Positions 1 to 8,333 of a stretch of DNA of 32,000 nucleotides are shown piece after piece. The translations under genes were made by a program, and so were the position numbers. How positions within the stretch are numbered: position 1 is the first letter of the stretch; every line of letters begins with the position of its first letter. Below the pieces are notes generated by a model. It saw nothing but the letters and a program-made list of their open reading frames with translations. It ran no database searches and had not been told where the DNA came from. The stretch lies in contig JAJRZD010000042.1 in assembly GCA_024275415.1 (NCBI GenBank), forward strand, positions 1 to 32,000. Reading direction: 5' to 3'. This stretch comes from an archaeon. Its GTDB lineage: Archaea; Asgardarchaeota; Thorarchaeia; Thorarchaeales; Thorarchaeaceae.

Positions 1-156
1 ATTATCATCACTTCTTTTTTGCACCAAGTTGTTATTACAATACGTCCCTTCGCGTCGAAAAATGCACTCATAGAAAAGTCCGCAGTTGTGAATTGGTTTG
101 ATTTGAAAAACGGCAATGGTTTCAGGATTCGGGCACGATGCAATATGAATTGTCAT
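1..156 (-). CDS. Possible 5' part of a gene running off the left edge (MTIHIASCPNPETIAVFQIKPIHNCGLFYECIFRREGTYCNNNLVQKRSDDN...)
   Basis: Manual translation: ATG at 156 (also in-frame ATG at 162), open to position 1, four Cys in 52 codons. No family recognised and not in the ORF track. Confidence 0.25.
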   Translation of the reverse strand, partial: MTIHIASCPNPETIAVFQIKPIHNCGLFYECIFRREGTYCNNNLVQKRSDDN

Positions 157-271
157 AACCATTACCTTGCATTAGCTTTTCAAAGCCCATAGAAACGTAG
201 GCACGAAAGGATGTGAGAAGCAGAAATATCCAAATGCTATGAGAGAACATTGACGTATGGAGTAGAGAATC

Positions 272-820
272 ATGGAGAGAATGATCGAAGGGATGGACAG
301 AATTTCAACGCCACGTAACCTTCTGCTAGGACTCATAGCTACGGTAGTGACTTTTTCGTTGATGATAGCATTAGGAATAGTCTTGGTGTACGATGTCTAT
401 GGAGTTTCGTTCATCCCAGACACGAGTTTCGGATACACGATAGCCGATATTCAGACTGCATTCGACAACCTCGGAACAGAAGGGGTTCGCGTCTGGTTAA
501 TGGTACGCATGGTAGATATGATATTCCCGATAGCCTATACATTCGCTATGGTGTGTGGAATCATGTTGATGCTCAGGCACTCGTTCCCAGAGAGAAAGAG
601 TTTGAGGACACTGACCCTGCTGCCAATAGGCGGAGCGATAGTAGACTACATCGAGAACATATTGATTGCCAGTCAGGCATTATCATATCCGAACCTCTCG
701 GGCCCCGTCATCGTGCTGGCGAGCATTGTGACAATCATGAAGTGGTTATTGTTATATGCAGGATTCGCAGTACTCATCATATTGTCCCTAGTCATCCTCT
801 TCAAGAGAAAAAAATCATGA
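272..820 (+). CDS. Conserved hypothetical membrane protein (about 4 TM)
   Basis: Four hydrophobic segments; D-x2-FP-x2-Y and DYIEN motifs of a widespread uncharacterised membrane family. Its stop overlaps the stop of the convergent gene (TCATGA, 815-820). Confidence 0.75.
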   Translation: MERMIEGMDRISTPRNLLLGLIATVVTFSLMIALGIVLVYDVYGVSFIPDTSFGYTIADIQTAFDNLGTEGVRVWLMVRMVDMIFPIAYTFAMVCGIMLMLRHSFPERKSLRTLTLLPIGGAIVDYIENILIASQALSYPNLSGPVIVLASIVTIMKWLLLYAGFAVLIILSLVILFKRKKS

Positions 821-1159
821 TTCAGAAGCCTTCAAATCCTCGATTTCCTCTTCTAGATCGCCGAGCTTCTTACGAAGGGCGATGAGTTCGTTGATCAGGA
901 CAGAGATGAGATATCCATATTTCACTCGATAATGTCCGTCCTCACGACTAAGCACATTGGCATCTTCAAGGCGCCTTGCGGAGTTGGTTATCGATTGTTT
1001 TGACACACCAGATATTGCCTTTTCGACTTCCTTCCTGACCTCGGCAGGCTTCACCTTGGGACCTTCAAGAGAATCAAGCAGGCTATGGAGAACCATGAGC
1101 CCAGTCTTCATCAGGGGGTTCCGTAGTTTGTCAACCGTCTTATCTAGCTCATCTCGCAA
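815..1159 (-). CDS. Small winged-helix protein with C-terminal coiled coil, putative regulator
   Basis: TTG start; HTH-wing pattern (PAEVRKEV...SKQSITNSARRLEDANVLSREDGHYRV) followed by a heptad-rich tail (LIALRKKLGDLEEEIEDLK). Confidence 0.6.
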   Translation of the reverse strand: MRDELDKTVDKLRNPLMKTGLMVLHSLLDSLEGPKVKPAEVRKEVEKAISGVSKQSITNSARRLEDANVLSREDGHYRVKYGYLISVLINELIALRKKLGDLEEEIEDLKASES

Positions 1160-1315
1160 TTCTCCACACTCCAGGTGACATCCAGATAGAGTACATGTTG
1201 CATCGGTGAAAAACCTTCTTGTTCATTATCTGTTGCAGGAGCTGATATTATATTCACCTATAAGACCATATATGCGTGTACTTGTGCTCAAGAGGAAAAG
1301 GAGAAAAGCAACAGC

Positions 1316-2026
1316 TTGCCACCAATACTCGTTGTGCAATCGTTGAGCAATGAACTAGAACGTGTAATCCTTGTACCTGTAATCCACACTGACACTGAGA
1401 GCATCAAAAAGGCACGAGAGATAGTACTGGAGATTCGACCAGATGTAGTCGCTGTTGAATTGGATCGCACACGCTATCATCAATTACAGAATCCACAATC
1501 AAATGACATGCCGGTACCACCCTCCACTGGAGATAGCGTCATGGATCTTATGAATCAAATAGCCATGCTTGAGAAAAGCTTGGGGCAGATGACGGGGGCG
1601 TTGGCAGGTGCCGAGATGCTTGCTGCAATCGAAGCTGGCAGAGAGGTCAATGCAAAGATTGCACTTGTTGATAGGCCAATCGAGAAGACATTCCAAGCAC
1701 TCATGCAAGTCCCTCTTGATGAGATATACAAGCTGGCTGAGATGATTCCCGATGCAACGGAACAGGTTGGCGATGGCAACCACGGGAGCATCTTTGCTAT
1801 GCTCAGGGATGAGGACAAGGTGGACGAATTGTTGGAGGAGTTCAAGAAAGAATTCCCAGCATTGTCAAACGTACTACTAGACCAGCGCAACATATTCATT
1901 GCCAAAGCGATAAAGTCTATCCTTTCAGATGTAGATGGTAAGGTCGTAGTCGTTCTTGGTGCAGGCCACATTGAAGGAGTGACTAGATCTCTCAGGAAAA
2001 TGATAGAAGCCGACAACGCCTGTTAG
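1316..2026 (+). CDS. traB: TraB/PrgY/GumN-family protein (archaeal TraB domain)
   Basis: Family motifs VAVELD, GAEM-x2-A, LVDRPI, LLDQRN and VVVLGAGH. Confidence 0.9.
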   Translation: MPPILVVQSLSNELERVILVPVIHTDTESIKKAREIVLEIRPDVVAVELDRTRYHQLQNPQSNDMPVPPSTGDSVMDLMNQIAMLEKSLGQMTGALAGAEMLAAIEAGREVNAKIALVDRPIEKTFQALMQVPLDEIYKLAEMIPDATEQVGDGNHGSIFAMLRDEDKVDELLEEFKKEFPALSNVLLDQRNIFIAKAIKSILSDVDGKVVVVLGAGHIEGVTRSLRKMIEADNAC

Positions 2027-2673
2027 AGTCCAAGTCCTCTAATGAGTTCCTCAAGCCCCTCGCCGGTCTTGGAACTGACCCTGAACACAGGCAGTAGAGC
2101 ATCAACTTCGCGGATGTCATGTTCTAGAGCATCAATATCAAAATCAAGAATGGCTGCGAGGTCTATCTTGTTTATCACGACCATATCAGACCGCTTGATT
2201 GTCAGAGGATGTTTCCTTATCATGTAAGGACCCTCTGTCACACTGACCACCACGATCTTCTTACTTGTGCCAAGTGAATAGCCAGCGGGACAGATGAGGT
2301 TCCCGACATTTTCAACGAAGACAACCTTGTACTTTGAAAGATTAACATCATTCAGTGCGACCTGAATCATCCGTGCATCAAGGTGACAGGCAGTTTCAGT
2401 ATTGATTTGGACAGTATCAACACCATGTTTCCCTACGCGGTCAGCATCAATACGGGTGTCAAGGTCACCTGCAATCATCAGAATCGGATATGACTTCGAC
2501 AGTCGTTCGCACAGTGATTCGATAAGCTGTGTCTTCCCAGTCCCGACAGAACCCATGATGTCTATAGCTGTGATACCATGTTCTTTGAACATCACAGCAT
2601 TCTTTGCAGCCGCATCCTCATTCGCACCAAAGAGGTCTTTCTTGATGTCAATTCTCAAAGTACGCTCATTCAT
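2023..2673 (-). CDS. hypB: Hydrogenase nickel-incorporation GTPase HypB
   Basis: P-loop GSVGTGKT, AGDL, metal-binding TACHLDA, ENVGNLICP, SVTEG, INKIDL. Start moved to ATG 2673 (MNERTL), which overlaps the upstream stop (ATGAATGA). Confidence 0.93.
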   Translation of the reverse strand: MNERTLRIDIKKDLFGANEDAAAKNAVMFKEHGITAIDIMGSVGTGKTQLIESLCERLSKSYPILMIAGDLDTRIDADRVGKHGVDTVQINTETACHLDARMIQVALNDVNLSKYKVVFVENVGNLICPAGYSLGTSKKIVVVSVTEGPYMIRKHPLTIKRSDMVVINKIDLAAILDFDIDALEHDIREVDALLPVFRVSSKTGEGLEELIRGLGL

Positions 2674-3241
2674 CGATTTTGGTCTCCGAATCCTCGAGCA
2701 GATGGACGCCTGACTCAGGATAGATGTAGTGTCCTGCAATTGGGCGTATCAGTGATCGCTCTACGATGATGGCGACCGCAGCCCAAATGAACCCCTGAAT
2801 CATGTCAATAATTGCAAGCAAGAATGCCGCTTCGATTGTTTCGCTCAGGAAAAGGAAAATGGTCATATCAGGAATGAATCCGCCAATAATCCCACCACCA
2901 AGTATTGCAAGAATCATGTACTTCTTGCTGTCCCGTTCCTTTGTGATGTGGACTGCATACCCTGTACCGATTCCCAAGAAGATGTTTCCAACCAAGGGGA
3001 TTATCGAGAGCTCGCCTGCGCCCATTGCACCGCCTATCCCTACTGCTAGGCCCACTAGAATACCCCCGAAAATTCCGCCGATAATACCTCCTAATTCGGA
3101 GAAAAGAAATCCAGGGGTGATTTCTACCAGCTCTGGGATGATTGTAATCCGCACGAGATACCGCATGATAAGCCCCAGTGCAGCGATTATCGCCAAGACT
3201 GCTATAGTAGCCGTGTTCTTTCGTAATGGCATGGTTCCCAT
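2666..3241 (-). CDS. ECF-transporter S-component-like membrane protein
   Basis: 5-6 TM; N-terminal AVLAIIAALG (AxxxA) and IIP...GGIIGGIFGGILVG pattern typical of group II S-components. Substrate unknown. Confidence 0.65.
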   Translation of the reverse strand: MGTMPLRKNTATIAVLAIIAALGLIMRYLVRITIIPELVEITPGFLFSELGGIIGGIFGGILVGLAVGIGGAMGAGELSIIPLVGNIFLGIGTGYAVHITKERDSKKYMILAILGGGIIGGFIPDMTIFLFLSETIEAAFLLAIIDMIQGFIWAAVAIIVERSLIRPIAGHYIYPESGVHLLEDSETKIDE

Positions 3242-3263
3242 ATTGTTGCCTCAGTTGGAGAAG

Positions 3264-3641
3264 TTATTGAATTGGCGCCGGCCATGTTTCTAACAAATAC
3301 TTTCTGGTTTCACGGTACCAGTTGTCCAGTTGTGTCAAGATTTGTTTTCGTATCACTTCAGAGGAGTTCCTGCGATATAGGTATTGGTAACCGCCTCTTT
3401 CGAGAGACCTCACTTCCCTAATGGCCAGATTATTGTCAACCAGTTCCTGCAGATATCTCTGCACTACACTGCGTTCCCTTGCGACCTTTGCAGCAACAGC
3501 ATCCACAGGTAGAGGCTCTTCGGTCAATACAAGATAGATCTTTGCAACACTGTTTTTGATTCCGAATGCACAGCATAAGAGTCCGCACGGCTCTGTGATA
3601 CTATTGCCCAACAGCCCACGCATCTTAGTTTTAGCTGTCAT
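3264..3641 (-). CDS. Archaeal TrmB/MarR-like HTH regulator (COG3355-like)
   Basis: LLCCAFGI...KIYLVL...VDAVAAKVARERSVVQRYLQELVDNNLAIR...GGYQYLY. Start moved to ATG 3641. Confidence 0.8.
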   Translation of the reverse strand: MTAKTKMRGLLGNSITEPCGLLCCAFGIKNSVAKIYLVLTEEPLPVDAVAAKVARERSVVQRYLQELVDNNLAIREVRSLERGGYQYLYRRNSSEVIRKQILTQLDNWYRETRKYLLETWPAPIQ

Positions 3642-3658
3642 TGCACATCCATTTTCGG

Positions 3659-3674
3659 TCTTATGCTGATAAGA
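3659..3674. promoter_or_regulatory. Perfect palindrome TCTTAT-N4-ATAAGA, candidate operator
   Basis: Read directly; lies in the 100-bp divergent gap between two HTH genes. Confidence 0.5.
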
Positions 3675-3675
3675 G

Positions 3676-3696
3676 TTGTGTAATGTATTTACACAA
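3676..3696. promoter_or_regulatory. Perfect palindrome TTGTGTAA-N5-TTACACAA, candidate operator
   Basis: Read directly; 8-bp arms, 1 bp from the previous palindrome. Confidence 0.6.
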
Positions 3697-3741
3697 ACGC
3701 TGATGCTATGATAATACTTCATTTCAAAAGAGGTTACGACC

Positions 3742-4206
3742 GTGTTTCATATGGTGGACAGAATGGACTATAGGCTGAGAAGCGACGACTACGAGAGATA
3801 CACGGAGCCATCTGAAAGATCAATGAAAGAGATTCACAAACCAATAAGCCTAGCACCACTCAAGGGGGCCCTTGAATCAGACCCGGTGAGATCCAAGGTT
3901 CTAAGGATATTAATCGAGTCTGGGACATGGGTCACTACAGCAGACCTTCTCAAGGCGGCACGTCAGGTAAGACCTGTAATTGGTGCCGTCACCATCGGAA
4001 CTATCTTGAACGGGTTGAACAATCTTGTTTCATCAAGGCTCGTCCTCAGCAGAATGTCTATGGCGAGTGGCATTGACTGGGCAGAATGGAGAATAAATCC
4101 CGACTGGCTGGAACCAACCCGAAAGCTTCTCAATATGCTTATTCGATCCAAAAAAGCGTCAACCGCACAGGCGACATACGATGAGGGACAACGCCTCCTA
4201 GGCTAA
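3742..4206 (+). CDS. Hypothetical winged-helix protein
   Basis: GTG start after GAGG; VRSKVLRILIESGTWVTTADLL...VTIGTILNGL...LV...EWRINPDW has wHTH character. Confidence 0.6.
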   Translation: MFHMVDRMDYRLRSDDYERYTEPSERSMKEIHKPISLAPLKGALESDPVRSKVLRILIESGTWVTTADLLKAARQVRPVIGAVTIGTILNGLNNLVSSRLVLSRMSMASGIDWAEWRINPDWLEPTRKLLNMLIRSKKASTAQATYDEGQRLLG

Positions 4207-4215
4207 CTTCAAATA

Positions 4216-4249
4216 TACTCAATTTTGAGTAGTGAATCAATATTGAGTA
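4216..4249. promoter_or_regulatory. Tandem operator: TACTCAA-TT-TTGAGTA (4216-4231) and GAATCAA-TA-TTGAGTA (4234-4249)
   Basis: One perfect and one degenerate 16-bp palindrome with 18-bp period, immediately upstream of the TATA box. Confidence 0.65.
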
Positions 4250-4252
4250 AAG

Positions 4253-4259
4253 TTTATAA
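4253..4259 (+). promoter_or_regulatory. TATA box (TTTATAA) of the ECF S-component gene
   Basis: Archaeal TATA consensus about 50 nt before ATG 4310. Confidence 0.55.
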
Positions 4260-4309
4260 GATGTGATATTCCAGACCGGCCAACGGTTCGTATCCCAAGA
4301 GGGACTATC

Positions 4310-4942
4310 ATGAATCAGGAAGTTGCTAGTAGTTATAATGAAGAATTGTTGGAAGCTCCAGAGGACTTGGAACACGCCACATCATCAAGGAAAGTCGCGC
4401 TTTCAGCTCTTTTGGGCGCCCTCTCAATCGTGCTCGCAGGAACAGCATCATTCATCCCAAGAATCCCTGGATGGGGAATTGCCATTTTCGATCCCGTTTC
4501 CATAGTATGGGTGATTGCATTTCTCATCGGTGGGATTGAGGTGGCGTTAATCACCACATTCGCGGGGTTTTTCGGGCTATTCCTTTTTGACCCGACGGGA
4601 ATTGGTCCAGTTTTCAAGCTCTTGGCCACGCTCCCCATGATAGTGGTGCCTTGGCTCTCTTTGAGATTCAGCAGGAACAAGGTCGGAAGCATTGCACTGT
4701 CAAATCCAAGACACTATGCTGGATCTATGTTCATTGGGTTCTTAGTCAGGCTTGCAATCATGCTCCCTCTCAACTTAGTCATTGTACCGTTATTATACGG
4801 TATCTCGGATGTCACCTTCATCATAACATACGTGGTCATCTTGAATGTCATCCAGAGCTTCTGGGATGCCCTAGTTCCATATCTGATAGTTTTCAAGACA
4901 CGGGTCTGGAGTGGGCTTTCAGAGCATTTCAGATTGTGGTAA
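4310..4942 (+). CDS. ECF-transporter S-component (group II, RibU/PanT-like)
   Basis: RKVALSALLGALSIVL, IP...FDPVSIVWVIAFLIGG, six TM segments. Confidence 0.75.
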   Translation: MNQEVASSYNEELLEAPEDLEHATSSRKVALSALLGALSIVLAGTASFIPRIPGWGIAIFDPVSIVWVIAFLIGGIEVALITTFAGFFGLFLFDPTGIGPVFKLLATLPMIVVPWLSLRFSRNKVGSIALSNPRHYAGSMFIGFLVRLAIMLPLNLVIVPLLYGISDVTFIITYVVILNVIQSFWDALVPYLIVFKTRVWSGLSEHFRLW

Positions 4943-4955
4943 CATAACAGGTTGG

Positions 4956-4978
4956 AGAGGGGGGTATCCCTCTATTTA
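4956..4978 (+). terminator. Stem-loop AGAGGG-N6-CCCTCT followed by ATTTA, possible terminator or 3' stabiliser
   Basis: 6-bp stem starting 13 nt after the stop of 4310-4942; weak U-tract. Confidence 0.35.
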
Positions 4979-5068
4979 TGATAGTGAAGGCAGTCAGTAA
5001 TTGCTTAAATAGACAGACCTCAAAATGAATCTCAGTCGTAATGACAGTTTACTCAAGGAGGTCACAAC

Positions 5069-5902
5069 GTGCGTCGATGCGAATTCTGCGATTCTCCAGT
5101 TCCTGCAGATGCCATAACATGTCCTGTTTGCAGAGAGCAGATTGCCGAAGAAACACTTGAACGGATCCTTCCTATGCTCAGAAGACCTGAAACACCAGAT
5201 GTACGAGCTTTAGGGACTCTTGATCGTTTGTGGGGTGTCATCCGTCGTCCAGCAGTGGCCTATCGGGATATCAGCAAGCGACCAGACTTTGCAGGTCCGT
5301 TTTTAATAATCATCGCAAATGCATTAGTCATGGCGGGATTCTTGATAGCGATCTCATCGAAGCTTACGAAGGTGGTCTATACAAATCAGACACTAGGCCA
5401 GACTACAACGGCAAACGTGTTAGCCCTCCCAGAGGGGGTCGACTACCTGTTAACAGCCTTGGTCAGCATAATGCCGAATATACTAATCGGGATTGTATAT
5501 CTTATCATTGGAAGTGCGTTTGCACATCTGGCGTTCAAGATAACTGGGGGATTGGGAAACCGAAGACAGACCGTAGCCATTGTAGGATACAGCATGTTAC
5601 CAGTCGTCATCTTCAGGCTCATAGGCCTAATCGTGTTCCTTGTGGCAATGCCAACCTTTCCCATTTATGTCAGTGATGGACTCAATAACGGTGGAACACC
5701 ACTTGTCACTATCATTTCGAACATCTATGCATCACCACTGTGGATCCTTGTCGATTATTTGATAACTGCTTCATTTGTATGGGTGGGATTCCTTCTCGTA
5801 TTCGTGATACGAGAAGCGCATAATACCTCCACTACATGGGCGATTCTGGTTTCGATAGCGTGTATGATTGTTCTAACATGGACTTTCTGGCAGGTTCATT
5901 GA
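5069..5902 (+). CDS. Zinc-ribbon + Yip1-domain membrane protein
   Basis: GTG start after GGAGG; CEFC-x10-CPVC ribbon; LWGVIRRPAVAYRDI and a five-TM Yip1 pattern (VGYSMLP, W-x3-L-x2-VI). Confidence 0.8.
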   Translation: MRRCEFCDSPVPADAITCPVCREQIAEETLERILPMLRRPETPDVRALGTLDRLWGVIRRPAVAYRDISKRPDFAGPFLIIIANALVMAGFLIAISSKLTKVVYTNQTLGQTTTANVLALPEGVDYLLTALVSIMPNILIGIVYLIIGSAFAHLAFKITGGLGNRRQTVAIVGYSMLPVVIFRLIGLIVFLVAMPTFPIYVSDGLNNGGTPLVTIISNIYASPLWILVDYLITASFVWVGFLLVFVIREAHNTSTTWAILVSIACMIVLTWTFWQVH

Positions 5903-5932
5903 CGACGCTTCATAGATCATTGACACGATTTC

Positions 5933-6856
5933 CTAGAAAATAGGTATGAATATGAACGCAACCAATCCTACCAGTGCTCCGACCTTATCCAGAGTGCTAC
6001 CAATGAGTAGGCGTTTCTCATTATCAGGTCCTGTCAAGGGAACAATAGCAGCGCTCGCCACGACGACCGCTCCCAACAAGAGAAGTGGCCAGAGTATGAA
6101 TGACGCAAATCCGAGTGCCCATATCAGGACATAGCAGACAACCCCAATCGTATTCATCATTGCTGCAACGACAGCAGCTGCGCGATACCCATAGATACGG
6201 GCGATTGTACGGACATCTCGAAGAGCATCACCTTCAACATCTTCCGCACCTTTGATGGTTTCTCGTGCCTGTAAGATCATGAATGCTGTGATGAAAAACA
6301 GCCAAGCAGGCAGTGGGATGATGATATTCCCGACTGATTCCCCGTAGATGATAGAGCCATAGATGACTCCAAACGCAAAGGAGAAGGCAACCATGAAGTT
6401 GCCAGCAAGTCCTAATTCCTTCACCTTAGATGCATAGGCATAACCGACGAGCAGGAAAACGACTACCACAAGAGCACCTATGGGACCGTTCAGCCAAGCA
6501 AAGACCACTCCGAGCAGTCCGAGAATGATAACATATGCCCAGGCCTGCCGTATGGTCATTCGGCCGCTTGGCAATGCCCGATGAGGTCTATTTATCTTGT
6601 CAATCTCGATGTCAAAAATATCATTGACAACATTGCCACCGGCTGCGACAAAAAAGTAGGTGATATAACCGAAGAGAAATTGAAGGAATAAAGCAGCACC
6701 ATCAACAGAGCCTGTTGCCACTCTGGCAGAGATGCCAATTCCTGCAAGAACGGTCAGTCCACCAATGATGCAGTTCTGAGGTCTGATAATGGACAGGAAT
6801 GCCTTCGGGTCTGTTCGCCTTACAGCAGGAACAGGTTTGTTTTCCGGTTCGTTCAT
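5933..6856 (-). CDS. Digeranylgeranylglyceryl-phosphate synthase (UbiA family, archaeal lipid synthesis)
   Basis: IRPQNC, GNVVNDIFDIEIDKINRPHRALPSG, RETIKGAEDVEGD...RTIA. Confidence 0.9.
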   Translation of the reverse strand: MNEPENKPVPAVRRTDPKAFLSIIRPQNCIIGGLTVLAGIGISARVATGSVDGAALFLQFLFGYITYFFVAAGGNVVNDIFDIEIDKINRPHRALPSGRMTIRQAWAYVIILGLLGVVFAWLNGPIGALVVVVFLLVGYAYASKVKELGLAGNFMVAFSFAFGVIYGSIIYGESVGNIIIPLPAWLFFITAFMILQARETIKGAEDVEGDALRDVRTIARIYGYRAAAVVAAMMNTIGVVCYVLIWALGFASFILWPLLLLGAVVVASAAIVPLTGPDNEKRLLIGSTLDKVGALVGLVAFIFIPIF

Positions 6857-6892
6857 CGAGTGCCACCTAGGTGATGGTGACTGCCATGGTGT

Positions 6893-7483
6893 TTGATTAA
6901 AGGGTTTCGGGGAGAACAGCCAGCACCCAATAACTCATATTCTGAAGGAGTTACGAGCGCGTTGGAGTTGAGAAGGTTGTTTGAGAACCTTTCAAGAGAA
7001 GATCTTCTGAAAATCATAGACATGTATGCGAAGGCATGGCAAGCCATGGATGGCGCATATTTTCTTTCATTGGAAAGGGAGTATGGGATGGATGTCGCCA
7101 TCCAGATGGACAAGGAGGCATGGCGCATCTTTTCGCCCATCGAAGCGAAGAGGATCATGAAAGAGATGGATATTACAGAGAATGGAGGGCTTGAGGCATT
7201 GGAGAAAGCATTAGGATATCGGGTGTATGCCGCATTGAACAAACAAACGACCGAGAGAGTAGATGAGAGGTCGCTGGTCTTCACAATGCAGTCATGCAGA
7301 GTGCAGGTGGCACGAAACAGAAAGGGACTTCCAGACTTCCCGTGCAAACAGGTAGGGATAATCGAGTACGAGGAATTCGCCAAGACGATAGACCCGAGGA
7401 TTAAGACTCGATGCGTGTTCTGTCCACCTGATGAGCATCCTGATGATGCCTACTGTCGGTGGGAGTTCATACTGGAGGATTAA
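6893..7483 (+). CDS. DUF6125-like protein (V4R/HNOB-related fold)
   Basis: YAKAWQAMDGAYF...YGMDVAI...EAKRI, CRVQVAR-x-RKGL-x-DFPCK-x-VG, C-x2-CPPD-x-H, C-x-WEF. Confidence 0.75.
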   Translation: MIKGFRGEQPAPNNSYSEGVTSALELRRLFENLSREDLLKIIDMYAKAWQAMDGAYFLSLEREYGMDVAIQMDKEAWRIFSPIEAKRIMKEMDITENGGLEALEKALGYRVYAALNKQTTERVDERSLVFTMQSCRVQVARNRKGLPDFPCKQVGIIEYEEFAKTIDPRIKTRCVFCPPDEHPDDAYCRWEFILED

Positions 7484-7487
7484 GAAA

Positions 7488-8333
7488 CTGAAGGAAATCC
7501 AATTCGGTCCGGCAGGCTATCCTGAAGAGGCAAGAGGCAATCTGGAACGAGTATTCGAGATATTGAGCAAAGCAGGGCTTTCAGCCCTCGAGTATGCCGC
7601 CGTTCGTGGACTTAGAACCAAGGAAGATAGGGCCAAGCTCATTGGACATCTTGCATCAAAACATGATATCTCAATGAGCATGCATGCAGCATATTACATC
7701 AGCCTGGCCTCAAAAACGGACGAAACTCGCGAGCGATCAAAGCAAAGGCTGGTCAAGGCGCTGCGTTTCGCACCATTAATGGGCGTAAAACGGATTGTGT
7801 TTCACGCCGGTTCCTACGGAGGGTTACCTCCAGAAGAGGCTCATGGCATTATCAGGGATGCACTGCAAGATGTTTGGGATGCAGCAGGGAAAAATACCAG
7901 ATCTGCATTCTTGGCGCCTGAGATTGCGGGAAAGTTTAACATGTACGGGTCGGTTGATGAGATTATTAGGTTATGTTCTGAGGTAGACGGATGTATCCCC
8001 ACCATAGATTGGGCACATCTCTACGCACGAAGCCAAGGAAACATCAATGACAGAGAGAACTATATGGCAATCCTACGAAGATTCGAAGATGCCCTTGGAA
8101 GACAGTTCGTGGACAATATGCATTTTCATGTAAGTGGAATAGAGTACACAAAAGCGGGTGAGGCGAGACACCAGCCACTTGGCAAGCAATGGGGACCAGA
8201 CATCCTTCCATTGATCGGTATTATCAGTGAAGTTGGTTACAAGCCAACATTCATTTCCGAAACGCCAGAGCCTATCAGAGGCGCACTCTACGCCAAACAT
8301 CTACTAGAGGAATGGGAGCAGATTAACAGATGA
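7488..8333 (+). CDS. nfo: Endonuclease IV (AP endonuclease family 2, TIM barrel)
   Basis: FGPAG, MHAAYYISL, VFHAG, PEIAGK...GS, DWAHLYAR, HFHVSGIEY, H-x-PL, ISETP. Likely CTG start 9 nt after GGAGG (7474-7478); the ORF track uses ATG 7431 inside the upstream gene. Confidence 0.88.
   Translation: MKEIQFGPAGYPEEARGNLERVFEILSKAGLSALEYAAVRGLRTKEDRAKLIGHLASKHDISMSMHAAYYISLASKTDETRERSKQRLVKALRFAPLMGVKRIVFHAGSYGGLPPEEAHGIIRDALQDVWDAAGKNTRSAFLAPEIAGKFNMYGSVDEIIRLCSEVDGCIPTIDWAHLYARSQGNINDRENYMAILRRFEDALGRQFVDNMHFHVSGIEYTKAGEARHQPLGKQWGPDILPLIGIISEVGYKPTFISETPEPIRGALYAKHLLEEWEQINR

Noticed and set aside
1316-2026. TraB as evidence of conjugation or a mobile element
   Set aside because: This is the ubiquitous archaeal/eukaryotic TraB-domain family; no relaxase, T4SS, integrase or att sites are nearby.
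2023-2673. UreG instead of HypB
   Set aside because: CHLDA and ENVGNLICP are HypB signatures; the UreG CPH motif and ESGGDNL are absent.
3733-3741. GTTACGACC matching the repeat in the tldD/adaptor promoter
   Set aside because: A single 9-mer match in 32 kb is plausible by chance, and it doubles as the RBS-to-start spacer.
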